Below, one piece after another: positions 21,540 through 34,771 of a stretch of DNA of 64,000 nucleotides; the stretch's first letter is position 1; every line of letters starts with the position of its first letter. The notes under the pieces are model-generated. The model saw only the letters and a program-made list of their open reading frames with translations. It was not told the DNA's origin and did not search any database. This stretch comes from Amphiscolops sp. MND2022 (Eukaryota), in contig OZ076413.1 of assembly GCA_964187785.1 (NCBI GenBank), positions 49,912,001 to 49,976,000 on the forward strand, in the 5' to 3' direction. The position numbers and the translations under genes are program-made.

Positions 21540-24500
21540 CATGGGTTTAATTCTGAGTCCCAGCGTTTTTTCTGCTTCAACAATTTTAGTGAGATCTTTC
21601 AAAACTTTTCTGTAATCATTATTTAAAGTTCCATCGTTAAGGTACCATAAGTTTATTTTCGATTCCAAACTGTCAATCAGAACCTGAATGGAATCCGAAA
21701 TTAAAGCTGGCGACTCAGGATCTCTAAATGATTCACTTTGGGATCATAAAGTTTCGTAGAACTCTCAAGAACTTTTTTGGTGAGTTCGTGTGGATTGAAA
21801 AAAAAGATAAGTAGTAGTAGTAGTAAAATGGATTTAGTGTTTATAAACACAAGGGACTACGTCCCCACAGTTATCACGTTCTAGATGTTCGTTTTGCTTC
21901 TGCAGTTTTTCATCGTGCAATCGCATGCCATTTTCCAGGTACACTTGTCAGATTCAGTTAAGTTGTCGAAGTTCTGCAAAAAAAGAGTCAAGAGTTTCTT
22001 CAAACTTGTTTGATCAGATATATCCAGTAAGTCTGAGAGTAAGCAATTTTGGTAGAACAAGTCGTTTTCCATAGTTTTATTCTTTGGTCTATCCAGCTGA
22101 AACAGAGAGAAGCGCGAGAAAGAAGATAAGATAGGTATTTGAAACGTTTGGGAGTCATAGCGTTCACCTAGTGTTTTTGATAGAATTAGTAGGTTGTTGA
22201 TTTGAATATACATTGGTTGAGGTAAGATCGACAATTTTTCCAGTTTTTCCTTGTACGACTCTTTTCTAGTGATAATCCACTGGACTGGGTGGCTTCTATT
22301 TTTTTGGGTGTTTTCCAGTTGAGAGATGGTGTACTTGCTGAGGCCATAACAATGACAGGGAACCATAATACGGTCTAATTCCTATCGTCAAATTTGAAGC
22401 TTCGTCCTAGCGTCGAAGTCCTATTGTCGAAAGTCTTTTGTCACAAAAATTTAGTCGATGCAGGTGGTAAATCACCAAAAATACACTTGCGTCGCAAATA
22501 ACAATGTTTTTGGACCTCAGATATGCCCCATTTCCTCTAGTGCCCTGCGGCCCCTTGGGGCCATTTATGTTCTCATCTTGCTAAGCGAGGTCGAACAGGA
22601 GCAAAGACCTAACCGGAACGGAGATCGCGAAGCCATCGTTGTGGGAGCTGGTCTTTGCGACGGTGAGGGCGAGCAAGCATACACCGTATATGACCTCATA
22701 TTACGTGGGGAAAGATACGTTTGGTGTTGTTAGTAGCGATGTTATCAGCCATTTTAATCTGAAACAAACAAGAATAGTTCGACTGAAATTCGACAATAAT
22801 TCGACATTGGTTATTCGACTAGATTCGACGCTGTTCTTCGACTCTATTCGACGTTAGGAATTCGACGTGTCAAACTTCCACGCTATTATGGGAGGCCAAC
22901 AGGGACTACCATATAGAAGAATGGGGACGATCCTTGATTTATATAATTTTAGCTTCGCTCTAGACAAAATAAGGGACAGGTGTCTTTTAAACGTTTGGTA
23001 TACTTATTTCGTTTTCCCACAAACCTTGCCAAAATGTAAATTCCATTTCAAATTGCCGTAAAAACAAAGACCTAGATCAGGTTGCGTTAGGACAGGTTCA
23101 ATGAGAGCATTCCCAAGAAAACAATTTATTGTTCTTGTTTGGTATTGCAATGTGTGCACATTTTTCCTGGGTTTAATTCTTAGTCCCAGCGTTTTTTCTG
23201 CTTCAACAATTTTAGTGAGATCTTTCAAAACTTTTCTGTAATCATCATTTAAATTTCCATCGTTAAGGTACCATAAGTTTATTTTCGACTCCAAACTGTC
23301 AATCAGAACCTGAATGGAATCCGAAATTGAAGCTGGCGACTCAGGATCTCTAAATGATTCACATTGCGATCATAAAGTTTTGTAGAACTCTCAAGAACTT
23401 TTTTGGTGAGTTCGTGTGGATTGAAAAAAAGATAAGTAGTAGTAGTAAAATGGATTTAGTGTTTATAAACACAAGGGACTACGTCCCCACAGTTATCACG
23501 TTCTAGATGTTCGTTTTGCTTCTGCAGATTTTCATCGTGCAATCGCATGCCATTTTCCAGGTACACTTGTCAGATTCAGTTAAGTTGTTGAAGTTCTGCA
23601 AAAAAAGAGTCAAGAGTTTCTTCAAACTTGTTTGATCAGATATATCCAGTAAGTCTGAGAGTAAGCAAGTTTGGTAGAACAAGTCGTTTTCCATAGTTTT
23701 ATTCTTTGGTCTATCCAGCTGAAACAGAGAGAAGCGCGAGAAAGAAGATAAGATAGGTATTTGAAACGTTTGGGAGTCATAGCGTTCACCTAGTGTTTTT
23801 GATAGAATTAGTAGGTTGTTGATTTGAATATACATTGGTTGAGGTATACATTGTTGAGGTAAGATCGACAATTTTTCCAGTTTTTCCTTGTACGACTATT
23901 TTCTAGTGATAATCCACTGGACTGGGTGGCTTCTATTTTTTTGGGTGTTTTCCAGTTGAGAGATGGTGTACTTGCTGAGGCCATAACAATGACAGGGAAC
24001 CATAATACGGTCTAATTCCTATCGTCAAATTTGAAGCTTCGTCCTAGCGTCGAAGTCCTATTGTCGAAAGTCTTTTGTCACAAAAATTTAGTCGATGCAG
24101 GTGGTAAATCACCAAAAATACACTTGCGTCGCAAATAACAATGTTTTTGGACCTCAGATATGCCCCATTTCCTCTAGTGCCCTGCGGCCCCTTGGGGCCA
24201 TTTATGTTCTCATCTTGCTAAGCGAGGTCGAACAGGAGCAAAGACCTAACCGGAACGGAGATCGCGAAGCCATCGTTGTGGGAGCTGGTCTTTGCGACGG
24301 TGAGGGCGAGCAAGCATACACCGTATATGACCTCATATTACGTGGGGAAAGATACGTTTGGTGTTGTTAGTAGCGATGTTATCAGCCATTTTAATCTGAA
24401 ACAAACAAGAATAGTTCGACTGAAATTCGACATGAATTCGACAATAATTCGACATTGGTTATTCGACTAGATTCGACGCTGTTCTTCGACTCTATTCGAC

Positions 24501-27500
24501 GTTAGGAATTCGACGTGTCAAACTTCCACGCTATTATGGGAGGCCAACAGGGACTACCATATAGAAGAATGGGGACGATCCTTGATTTATATAATTTTAG
24601 CTTCGCTCTAGACAAAATAAGGGACACGTGTCTTTTAAACGTTTGGTATACTTATTTCGTTTTCCCACAAACCTTGCCAAAATGTAAATTCCATTTCAAA
24701 TTGCCGTAAAAACAAAGACCTAGATCAGGTTGCGTTAGGACAGGTTCAATAAGAGCATTCCCAAGAAAACAATTTATTGTTCTTGTTTGGTATTGCAATG
24801 TGTGCACATTTTTCCTGGGTTTAATTCTTAGTCCCAGCGTTTTTTCTGCTTCAACAATTTTAGTGAGATCTTTCAAAACTTTTCTGTAATCATCATTTAA
24901 ATTTCCATCGTTAAGGTACCATAAGTTTATTTTCGACTCCAAACTGTCAATCAGAACCTGAATGGAATCCGAAATTAAAGCTGGCGACTCAGGATCTCTA
25001 AATGATTCACATTGCGATCATAAAGTTTTGTAGAACTCTCAAGAAATTTTTTGGTGAGTTCGTGTGGATTGAAAAAAAGATAAGTAGTAGTAGTAAAATG
25101 GATTTAGTGTTTATAAACACAAGGGACTACGTCCCCACAGTTATCACGTTCTAGATGTTCGTTTTGCTTCTGCAGTTTTTCATCGTGCAATCGCATGCCA
25201 TTTTCCAGGTACACTTGTCAGATTCAGTTAAGTTGTTGAAGTTCTGCAAAAAAAGAGTCAAGAGTTTCTTCAAACTTGTTTGATCAGATATATCCAGTAA
25301 GTCTGAGAGTAAGCAAGTTTTGTAGAACAAGTCGTTTTCCATAGTTTTATTCTTTGGTCTACCCAGCTGAAACAGAGAGAAGCGCGAGAAAGAAGATAAG
25401 ATAGGTATTTGAAACGTTTGGGAGTCATAGCGTTCACCTAGTGTTTTTGATAGAATTAGTAGGTTGTTGATTTGAATATACATTGGTTGAGGTAAGATCG
25501 ACAATTTTTCCAGTTTTTCCTTGTACGACTCTTTTCTAGTGATAATCCACTGGACTGGGTGGCTTCTATTTTTTGGGTGTTTTCCAGTTGAGCGATGGTG
25601 TACTTGCTGAGGCCATAACAATGACAGGGAACCATAATACGGTCTAATTCCTATCGTCAAATTTGAAGCTTCGTCCTAGCGTCGAAGTCCTATTGTCGAA
25701 AGTCTTTTGTCACAAAAATTTAGTCGATGCAGGTGGTAAATCACCAAAAATACACTTGCGTCGCAAATAACAATGTTTTTGGACCTCAGATATGCCCCAT
25801 TTCCTCTAGTGCCCTGCGGCCCCTTGGGGCCATTTATGTTCTCATCTTGCTAAGAGGGGTCGAACAGGAGCAAAGACCTAACCGGAACGGAGATCGCGAA
25901 GCGATCGTTGTGGGAGCTGGTCTTTGCGACGGTGAGGGAGAGCAAGCATACACCGTATATGACCTCATATTACGTGGGGAAAGATACGTTTAGTGTTGTT
26001 AGCAGCGATGTTATCAGCCATTTTAATCTGAAACAAACAAGAATAGTTCGATTGAAATTCGACATAATTTCGACAATAATTCGACATTGGTTATTCGACT
26101 AGATTTGACGCTGTTCTTCGACTCTATTCGACGTTAGGAATTCGACGTGTCAATCTTCCACGCTATTATGGGAGGCCAACAGGGACTACCATATAGAAGA
26201 ATGGGGACGATCCTTGATTTATATAATTTTAGCTTCGCTCTAGACAAAATAAGGGACACGTGTCTTTTAAACGTTTGGTATACTTATTTCGTTTTCCCAC
26301 AAAACTTGCCAAAATGTAAATTCCATTTCAAATTGCCGTAAAAACAAAGAGAAAAGCGCGAGAAAGAAGATAAGATTGGTATTTGAAACGTTTGGGAGTC
26401 ATAGCGTTCACCTAGTGTTTTTGATAGAATTAGTAGGTTGTTGATTTGAATATACATTGGTTGAGGTAAGATCGACAATTTTTCCAGTTTTTCCTTGTAC
26501 GACTCTTTTCTAGTGATAATCCACTGGACTGGGTGGCTTCTATTTTTTTGGGTGTTTTCCAGTTGAGAGATGGTGTACTTGCTGAGGCCATAACAATGAC
26601 AGGGAACCATAATACGGTCTAATTCCTATCGTCAAATTTGAAGCTTCGTCCTAGCGTCGAAGTCCTATTGTCGAAAGTCTTTTGTCACAAAAATTTAAGC
26701 GATGCAGGTGGTAAATCACCAAAAATACACTTGCGTCGCAAATAACAATGTTTTTGGACCTCAGATATGCCCCATTTCCTCTAGTGCCCTGCGGCCCCTT
26801 GGGGCCATTTATGTTCTCATCTTGCTAAGGGAGGTCGAACAGGAGCAAAGACCTAACCGGAACGGAGATCGCGAAGCGATCGTTGTGGGAGCTGGTCTTT
26901 GCGACGGTGAGGGCGAGCAAGCATACACCGTATATGACCTCATATTACGTGGGGAAAGATACGTTTAGTGTTGTTAGCAGCGATGTTATCAGCCATTTTA
27001 ATCTGAAACAAACAAGAATAGTTCGACTGAAATTCGACATAATTTCGACAATAATTCGACATTGGTTATTCGACTAGATTTGACGCTGTTCTTCGACTCT
27101 ATTCGACGTTAGGAATTCGACGTGTCAAACTTCCACGCTATTATGGGAGGCCAACAGGGACTACCATATAGAAGAATGGGGACGATCCTTGATTTATATA
27201 ATTTTAGCTTCGCTCTAGACAAAATAAGGGACACGTGTCTTTTAAACGTTTGGTATACTTATTTCGTTTTCCCACAAAACTTGCCAAAATATAAATTCCA
27301 TTTCAAATTGCCGTAAAAACAAAGACCTAGATCAGGTTGCGTTAGGACAGGTTCAATGAGAGCATTCCCAAAAAAACAATTTATTGTTCTTGTTTGGTAT
27401 TGCAATGTGTGCACATTTTTCCATGTTGAAAGACATCTCGTTTAATAAGGTCCAATCGTTTAGATATCGTTTAGGTCGTCTTGAATAGCTTTTGTCTCTG

Positions 27501-28510
27501 ATCCAACGCATTAGAATTTGGCATCATCTGCAAAAAGTAAGGGGTATAATTCATTACAAAGGTCGGGCAAGTCATTTATAAAGATGAGGAAAAGAAGGGG
27601 GCTTATAATGCTGACTTGTGGGACTCCACTGGTCGCTAGAAATTCTTTTGAGAAAGAATCACCTACACGGACTTGTTGTCGACGTACAACTACGAAAAAT
27701 CCAATCACTTGAAAAAGCTTTCCCGAATACCCATTTTGTAGATTTTTTGTAAAAGTAATCCTTGGTCAACTTTGTTGAAGGCTTTGCTGAAGTTTTGTGG
27801 AAATAACATCAAAATCGCTATTTGTCGCGATCCCTTCATATAGTTTTCATGAAAAGTTTTTTTTTCAATGAGTAACTGTTTGGTATACTTATTTCGTTTT
27901 CCCACAAAACTTGCCAAAATGTAAACTCCATTTCAAATTGCCGTAAAAACAAAGACCTAGATCAGGTTGCGTTAGGACAGGTTCAATGAGAGCATTCCCA
28001 AAAAAAAACAATTTATTGTTCTTGTTTGGTATTGCAATGTGTGCACATTTTTCCATGTTGAAAGACATCTCGTTTAATAAGGTCCAATCGTTTAGATATC
28101 GTTTAGGTCGTCTTGAATAGCTTTTGTGTCTGATCCAACGCATTAGAATTTGGCATCATCTGCAAAAAGTAAGGGGTATAATTCATTACAAAGGTCGGGC
28201 AAGTCATTTATAAAGATGAGGAAAAGAAGGGGGCTTATAATGCTGACTTGTGGGACTCCACTGGTCGCTAGAAATTCTTTTGAGAAAGAATCACCTACAC
28301 GGACTTGTTGTCGACGTACAACTACGAAAATTCCAATCACTTGAAAAAACTTTCCCGAATAACCATTTTGTAGATTTTTTGTAAAATTAATCCTTGGTCA
28401 ACTTTGTTGAAGGCTTTGCTGAAGTTTTGTGGAAATAACATCAAAATCGCTATTTGTCGCGATCCCTTCATATAGTTTTGATGAAAAGTTTTTTTTCAAT
28501 GAGTAACTGT
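21540..28510. repeat. Tandem amplification of a chimeric ~1.64 kb unit (CRE piece, CR1/L2 3' end, MITE, LINE RT piece)
   Basis: Equivalent ORFs at 22458, 24095, 25727 and 26702 (spacings 1637, 1632, 975), plus a 632-bp duplication (27511 / 28143). Confidence 0.92.
21810..22370 (-). mobile_element. CR1/L2-like LINE 3' end, repeated in the following units
   Basis: C-terminus CTWKMACDCTMKNCRS, hairpin GGGAC-tac-GTCCC, (TAC)n tail. Confidence 0.75.
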
Positions 28511-28620
28511 TGATCGGTTTTTCCGGAAGCTAAACTGTGAATCATGCGGAAAACGAGAACAAAAAGTACATAACTTATTGAAATCTAGGTTTCGCAAAAT
28601 TTCCCAGGAGTTTTTAGCAG
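27130..28620 (-). mobile_element. CR1/L2-like LINE RT fragment, partly duplicated
   Basis: FSKAFNKV, SGVPQVSIISPLLFLIFINDLP, LFADDAK. Confidence 0.85.
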
Positions 28621-29007
28621 TGATATGGGTCGATAGGTATTAACCTGGGACTTGTGTCCTTTTTCATGTAGCGTCGACTAAAATTATCGCCGATTACAAC
28701 TGCTGTAACTGCTTCTGAATCTCGAAGTAAGAACTGGAGGATACGGGTGAAAACGTCGAAAGCCCCGAAACTCCCAAAACTCCCGAAACATGACGTTGAA
28801 CCAAAATGACAAATTATTTTCGGCGTTTTGACTTCCAAAACAGATATCTCAGATTACTTGCAAATGCCTTGCATGCACGCTGGCCTTCACCGTCACAAAG
28901 ACCAGCTCCCACTTCGATCGCTTCTTTGCTCCTGCTCGACCCCGCAAGAAAATGGAAGCCGCTCAAAGGGCAGCGGGGCACTAGAGGAAATGGGGAAACA
29001 TCAGAAG

Positions 29008-29207
29008 NNNNNNNNNNNNNNNNNNNNNNNNNNNNNNNNNNNNNNNNNNNNNNNNNNNNNNNNNNNNNNNNNNNNNNNNNNNNNNNNNNNNNNNNNNNNN
29101 NNNNNNNNNNNNNNNNNNNNNNNNNNNNNNNNNNNNNNNNNNNNNNNNNNNNNNNNNNNNNNNNNNNNNNNNNNNNNNNNNNNNNNNNNNNNNNNNNNNN
29201 NNNNNNN
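29008..29207. other. Assembly gap (200 N)
   Basis: Run of N. Confidence 1.
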
Positions 29208-29259
29208 CGCTCTATCCATTAGACCAAATGGCCGGCCTATCTATTCTCACCAATCATTC

Positions 29260-29831
29260 CGGGGACAGGAATAACGTCTAACGAATAACGTCTAAAAGTC
29301 CACCGGCAATAACGTCTAAAGGAATTTCATATAAATTTGAAAAGGACGGAAATAACGTCCAAAAAGAGGAATTACTTCTAGAAAGCTAATGTCCAAGAAG
29401 AAGAATAACGTCTGAAACTGACATACGTTTAAAATATCAAAAAATCATCAGATTACGTCTGGAAAACGGGAACAACGTCTAAAACTGGCAAATACGTCTG
29501 AAATGTCAAAAATTCATCAAAATACGTGGCAGCAGGAAGAACGCCTGAATAATTACATCTAAATACAAAATTGGAATAACGTCTAAAACAAATCATTTTT
29601 TGACAAATTTGTCTAAAGTCGAAAAATGGCCGCGAGGCACTAGACGAAAAAAGGACATATCCGGGGCATTTTAAATACTTTATATCACCTTTTAGCTGAG
29701 ATCATAATTGATTTATTTTTCCAATTTCATATGTTTTTCCCGTTTTCCAATCATATATTGATGACTTTTGGATGTTTTGGGCGTTTTTCCGGATTTTCTA
29801 CGTTATTCTTTTTTTAGACGTATTATACCCG
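29260..29831. mobile_element. MITE with AATAACGTCTA subterminal repeats
   Basis: Starts CGGGGACAGGAATAACGTCTA and ends TAGACGTTATTATACCCG; partial core at 29627-29667; related arm at 61750-62003. Confidence 0.65.
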
Positions 29832-30016
29832 ATGCTGAACCACTACCACCATCAATTGCAATTGCAAATACATAAACCAAGTATAATAAAAGCTAATCAA
29901 TCTCCATTCAGTTCTTTTTCCTTGCATAGCATTTTTTTAAAAGTTTGGTCCCAGCAGCTTCTTAGCAGACGCCATCTACTAAGCTGATCACAGCTTCATC
30001 AGCGCAGATCACGACG

Positions 30017-31705
30017 ATGGCACCGCGACACTCTCGACAAGAGAAGGTGCTGTTAAGTGGCCGAGAGGATGATTTTCCTACTTTTCTGATGCAGTTCGAA
30101 GCAAGAGTCTATGCCCCGGGACTTTCTAACTACCTCCTAAACAGAATCCAAATAACACCTCAAAAAGACGTGGAGACCAATGACAAACCTGTAAAGCGAG
30201 ATGGGGAAGAAGCAGATCTAGTCAAATTCCGGTACATTGTGTGATCAGGCTGGTTTAGTGCCTTGATAAGGCCGGAGGGCGTGAACCGGAGGGCCGTAAG
30301 GGGTGGAGTACCAATTCCACCGCAGGGCGGAAACCGAATGAGACTTCTGCATGAACAGCTTTTACTAAGCTTCACAAGTCAACTGAACGGCCTCGTGTTC
30401 AATCGCTGATGACACAGCTCACTTGTCTCAAGATGGCATCAGGGGTGAAGGTGACTGGCTACATCATCAAAGAAGAAGTGCCCAATTGGGACCTGGCTCA
30501 AGCGTGAAAGTGGTCTCAGATGATCTCTTCACTGCGATGATTCTGAAGGGTCTTCCAAGTGACTTCGTCGGTGTAGTGGCAGTCTTCAATTTCGGCACAG
30601 CAAATGTGTACAACGAGATGAAGCAGGACTTGCTCATTTTCTCAGCAACCAAGAGTCTCTGTGTTTCCAGTGACACATCAATGACAGCCTTTCACTCAGC
30701 TTGAAAGAATCCTCCAAAAGATTTCAAGTGTGGAAAGATGGGACACCGAGCTAAGGACTTCCACGGTCGGGAGACGACGACTTGCTTCAACTCTCGTCAG
30801 ATTAGACATATGGCTTCTTCGTACAGGAAAACAGAGCAAAGGAGCGCAAGTGCAGGATGCGCCTCGGGTCAATCAAGCAACCATTCATCAGCGGACTTCT
30901 TCAGCTTCGGAGCTTTCGGGGCTGGATGCTACGACAACGTAAGCATTGAGCTTCTCAATGACTCCATATGCAACGGCTTCATGATCAAGAACGACAAGCT
31001 TTTTTCTGATCTGAACGAGGGTTTTCTGGCAGACGTATGCAACGCTAACAGCAGTCGTTCAGAGATTAGAGGACGTGGGACAGTGCGATGCTGGGTGAAA
31101 AACAACACGGGACGTCCTTGTCTACTTGAAATAAGGGATGCTATCTGGGCTCCACGCGAGGAATCTGGTGACGGTGAAGCAATCGACGGCGAAGGGGGCA
31201 TTTAGTCATTTTAATTTCCGTCCCTTTATCAAGATGTTCAATGAAAGTCTGGTGCTAAAGATAAAAAACGACGAACCTTTCAGTGTGATGGTTCAACCTT
31301 TGAAAACGGGGTCACTGGCAATGATGTCACACTATATCAAACACTGGCATCGACGGATGGGGCACGACAGCTGGCAGGATGTGGCACAGTAGCAGCACGA
31401 GATCGTGGGCATGAGCATCTCGGGGTCTGAAAACACGACGATCTACAACATCAGCTTTACTGAGAAGGCGAAGACGTGCGGCACTCGGGGGCAAAAACGA
31501 GACTGGGAATTGTCACACAGACCTGCTCGGACCCATCAGCAGAAATTTCACGAGCGCTTTCGCTATGCAGTGATGGGCTTCATCGACAGCGACAGCTGTT
31601 TCGGGTCAGTAATCGCAAAAATGCTATCATTCATCATTGACTTTGGCAAGCCTGGCACCTTGACCTCAAACAGGGCTCTCGACTTCAAATCAAAGCAAAC
31701 AAATT
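30017..31705 (+). pseudogene. Ty1/Copia gag-protease-integrase remnant
   Basis: ILKGLPSDF; knuckle FKCGKMGHRAKD; protease-like NDSICNGFM; HWHRRMGH (GAG-pre-integrase) following the protease, i.e. Copia order. Confidence 0.8.
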
Positions 31706-32007
31706 GTGCCCACATGATTATTCGTACACATGCGCCAAAACCGGTCCTAATTTTGTCAAAAACACTTCAGCTAGCCTTCATGGTGTAGCAGTAATATTAG
31801 CGAAAATATTACGAACGCAGGTGGAGGAAAAAAGCGTAAGTTTGGAAAATTCCTTGAATTGTTTGTGGAATGATATGTATCAATTTTTGTGTTGTGGACA
31901 GTTTTCTCGTCCATAGGTTCAGTCCACGGTTTTGGTAGTGGTTTTTTTATCAATCGTCTTTGTTGCGTTGTTTGCGATATAAAAGTTTTGATTTCGTGAG
32001 TCATTTC

Positions 32008-34451
32008 TATTACGACTGTTGTTCGGTAAAGTTTTAGAGTTTTTTGTAATTGTTGTTTTCACAGGCGTTGACGTGCTGGCTACGGGGATGTTTTCTGGCT
32101 CCGAATCAGAATCTTGGTCATTCAAACGAACCGGTTGTCTCTTATCCAGAGGTGCTATTAGCTTAAGCATTTCCTCTTGGTTAATACCTTTGTTAAATCA
32201 GACATGATTTCTTTTCTCAAAGATGTTTTTATCTCCTCGAGGTTTTCAGGCTCAACTCTGAGAGTTTTACTAGGACCAGCTACTAAGTTTTCGGGTAGGC
32301 AATTCTCAGCTACCGAGGCTTCAATTTCTCCAGAAACTAGTTCAGGTATAGATTTCCTTCTCTGACTTTTAGTTGTCATTTTGTATATCAAAATATCCAA
32401 ACTTCGGTAAAGATTAAATTCATCGAAGAAAAGTGATTTACGTCTTATCAACAGAACTTCAGAGCAAAACATTACTATTGAAAGTTTACCTGTTTGTTCT
32501 AGATAATTAAACCATTTCAGCTTCATTTGTTCCTCACCTAAAGTTTCCTACGTATCACAAAATCGTGTTTGTTCACTAAAAAGCGCTGATGATTCAATTC
32601 AATTCAGTCCCGCATCATAAAATTAGGTATCAAAATTCCTAGCTGCTTCGCCATTCCGTAACATTTGTTGATATCATTTTTGTTCAGGCAAAAAAAATTA
32701 GGCATAGCGTGACGTGCCCGTAGATTTGGGAACACATTTCACTTAGGTGGGGAGATAGTATTTGCACACTCTGATTTTAAGAAACGAAAACCTTCCGTGA
32801 AGTTCTAGTATAACAAGGGATTGGAGAAAAGAAATATTTTGCACTGCTATCCTATCGTACTGAGTAAAGTAATGGTATACAAAATAGACGTAAGGTCAAC
32901 GTTTTTATCATGATCACTTTATTCTTCGGTGTACAAAAATTAGCAATTTAATCCTCCTTCCACTACAGCTTTTTTAATGCGAAATCTTATTTCTAAAATC
33001 TTTTAAATGCGTCGATTCAAAAAGAATTTTCATTCAAGATCAGTTTGGAATTCTGCTTCACTGCTACGATTTTACAACTTGCTCCATAGTTGCTCCGTAC
33101 GTATCAAGATTAGTTATAGCTGAGAAGTGGAATACAATCTTACAATTTACTCCGTAATCTCTCGGTATGGATTAAGGTTAGGTATAACTGAGAAGTGGAA
33201 TACACTCTTACTATCACTCCGTAATCACTCCGTTATCACTCCGTATGTAATAAAGTTAGGTATAGCTGAGCAGCAGAGGCTGCCGGAGAGAAAGCGGCGG
33301 AGAGCATAGGCAATTTCATTCTTTGCTCATAGTTAGAATGGTGTTGCTAAGGGCAACCGAGCTTATTTCTGTTGGTTTGAGCTCAAATAATTCAGTAAAA
33401 GAAAGACGCTATTGGTCCGTAAAAATAGATACACCGGTTGTTAGCTTAGTTGAGTGACGCTGTCATAACCTTGTAAACAATTGCTTATATTGCTTCACTG
33501 TATTTAAGTGAATATTGACAACTTGTTCAATACTGAACAAGACGAGAACGTCCAAAGTCGGCGCCATATCTAAGGCTCAAAAAGCGCAAAAAAATTTTTT
33601 TTGGAAAAAAAACATGAATTTTTGAAAAAAAATTTCTTTCAAAAAAAGTCGCATAGTGCCGAAAAATGTAAAAGGGGGACCCTTTGTGATGTATTAGCAT
33701 ACATTCAGTTGCAAAATATGAAAAAACTCGAAGGGGGGACCCTTTTGGAACAATAAAAATTTTTTCGAAAAAAAGTCGCACAGTGCCGAAAATACCCTTT
33801 GGGGACCCTTAGATGATATAAAAACTACTTTTGCGCCAGTATTTTAATTTTGCTAAGTAATAATTGTAAGATTTTGAAAATTGTAAGAATTGTAAGAAAA
33901 GTGGACCACTCAGAGTGAGATTGTCAACTGAAAAAAAAACAAAAAAAAACTACTCACTGTAAGAGTCGGGCTTTTTTCCTTAAGGGAAAAGGCGCCGACT
34001 AAAAACACTTCAACTATACTGTTTTGTGTGTCCTTTTCATTTTAGATTGTATGAACTCCGTTGGGATCTCGGAGTTCATTATTACTTTCAATGCTTCATT
34101 TTAGTGTGGAGAATAAAGAATTGATCCCATTTTAGAAACTTTTCTCAGTTTAGTATTTGATTAGTATGGAAGTTTCAGAAGACAAACCGGAAATATGAAA
34201 CATTGTTACGTGTGAAATCATTAGACCGGAAGTTTTAGTTAGTTCTAACAACTTTTCCAAAAATGTTCCGTGACGACTACGTTAGAAATCATGTTCGGGA
34301 AACTATCTAGGAATAACTCAGCTGTACTGTAAGTAGAATTGAGTATTATGAAGAGTTTGAAAGTACTTGCAGTAAACATGGCGGCGAGTTCTGCCAAATC
34401 CCTTCACCCCAGAGCAGCAAGTAAATTCACGACCGGGAGCGGATCGCAACA
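32008..34451 (-). repeat. 3' LTR of the second element, containing the gag N-terminus
   Basis: Starts TGTTGCGA after GAGCGAGAGG-tgccc (PPT-like). Encodes MTTKSQRRK...AGPSK...SLRKEIMSDL...NNSRN, similar to gag 2494-2890. Confidence 0.7.
33536..34005 (-). mobile_element. DINE-1/HINE-like (Helentron-associated) element inserted in the LTR
   Basis: Subterminal IRs AGTCGGCGCC (33556) / GGCGCCGACT (33991); partial IR at 33963; small stem-loop GACG-agaa-CGTC at the other end; internal GGGGGACCCTT repeats. Confidence 0.6.
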
Positions 34452-34771
34452 GGGCACCTCTCGCTCGAAACGCTGGTAGTCCGTAGCAGTGAGGGCGGTC
34501 CCAAGTATAGCGTTAATGTCCCGGATTCAAAGGTTGAAGCTGTTTCGTCCGTGCTCGCTTCGCTTCCTTTTTTCACTACAGTAGGTTCCCCGCTCAGATT
34601 CAACGCTGCAATCTTGTTCAGTGGATAAATTTTATTAGGCGTGCTCTGATGTAGTGGGATTCCATCTTCATCAGATGAGATGTTGAATGTAGAAATAGAC
34701 AAACTGACTGCTGTTTTCGTGTTTTCAGGAATGTTGTGAATAGCCACCAAGTTTTCACTTGATTTCTGCAA
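34427..34771 (-). CDS. Acidic/Ser-rich accessory ORF of the second element
   Basis: Same position as 13715-14464; shares F.ISS.E...STP; crosses the inferred LTR start. Confidence 0.45.
   Translation of the reverse strand: MQKSSENLVAIHNIPENTKTAVSLSISTFNISSDEDGIPLHQSTPNKIYPLNKIAALNLSGEPTVVKKGSEASTDETASTFESGTLTLYLGPPSLLRTTSVSSERCPVAIRSRS

Larger units (their letters stand above)
18812..21725 (-). mobile_element. CRE-like (RLE) non-LTR retrotransposon, 3' fragment, interrupted
   Basis: LWYLNDG, LPAEMGGLG, and an RLE region GKRPDGVT...GKQLVWDVT. Reading SAGRFSLHATLNS joins across the 19303-20673 insertion. Confidence 0.75.

Noticed and set aside
22458..26968. Tandem family of 88-91 aa genes (MQVVNHQ...)
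   Set aside because: Incidental translation of the MITE core inside the duplicated unit.
28806..29274. ORFs spanning the N run
   Set aside because: Artefacts of the assembly gap.
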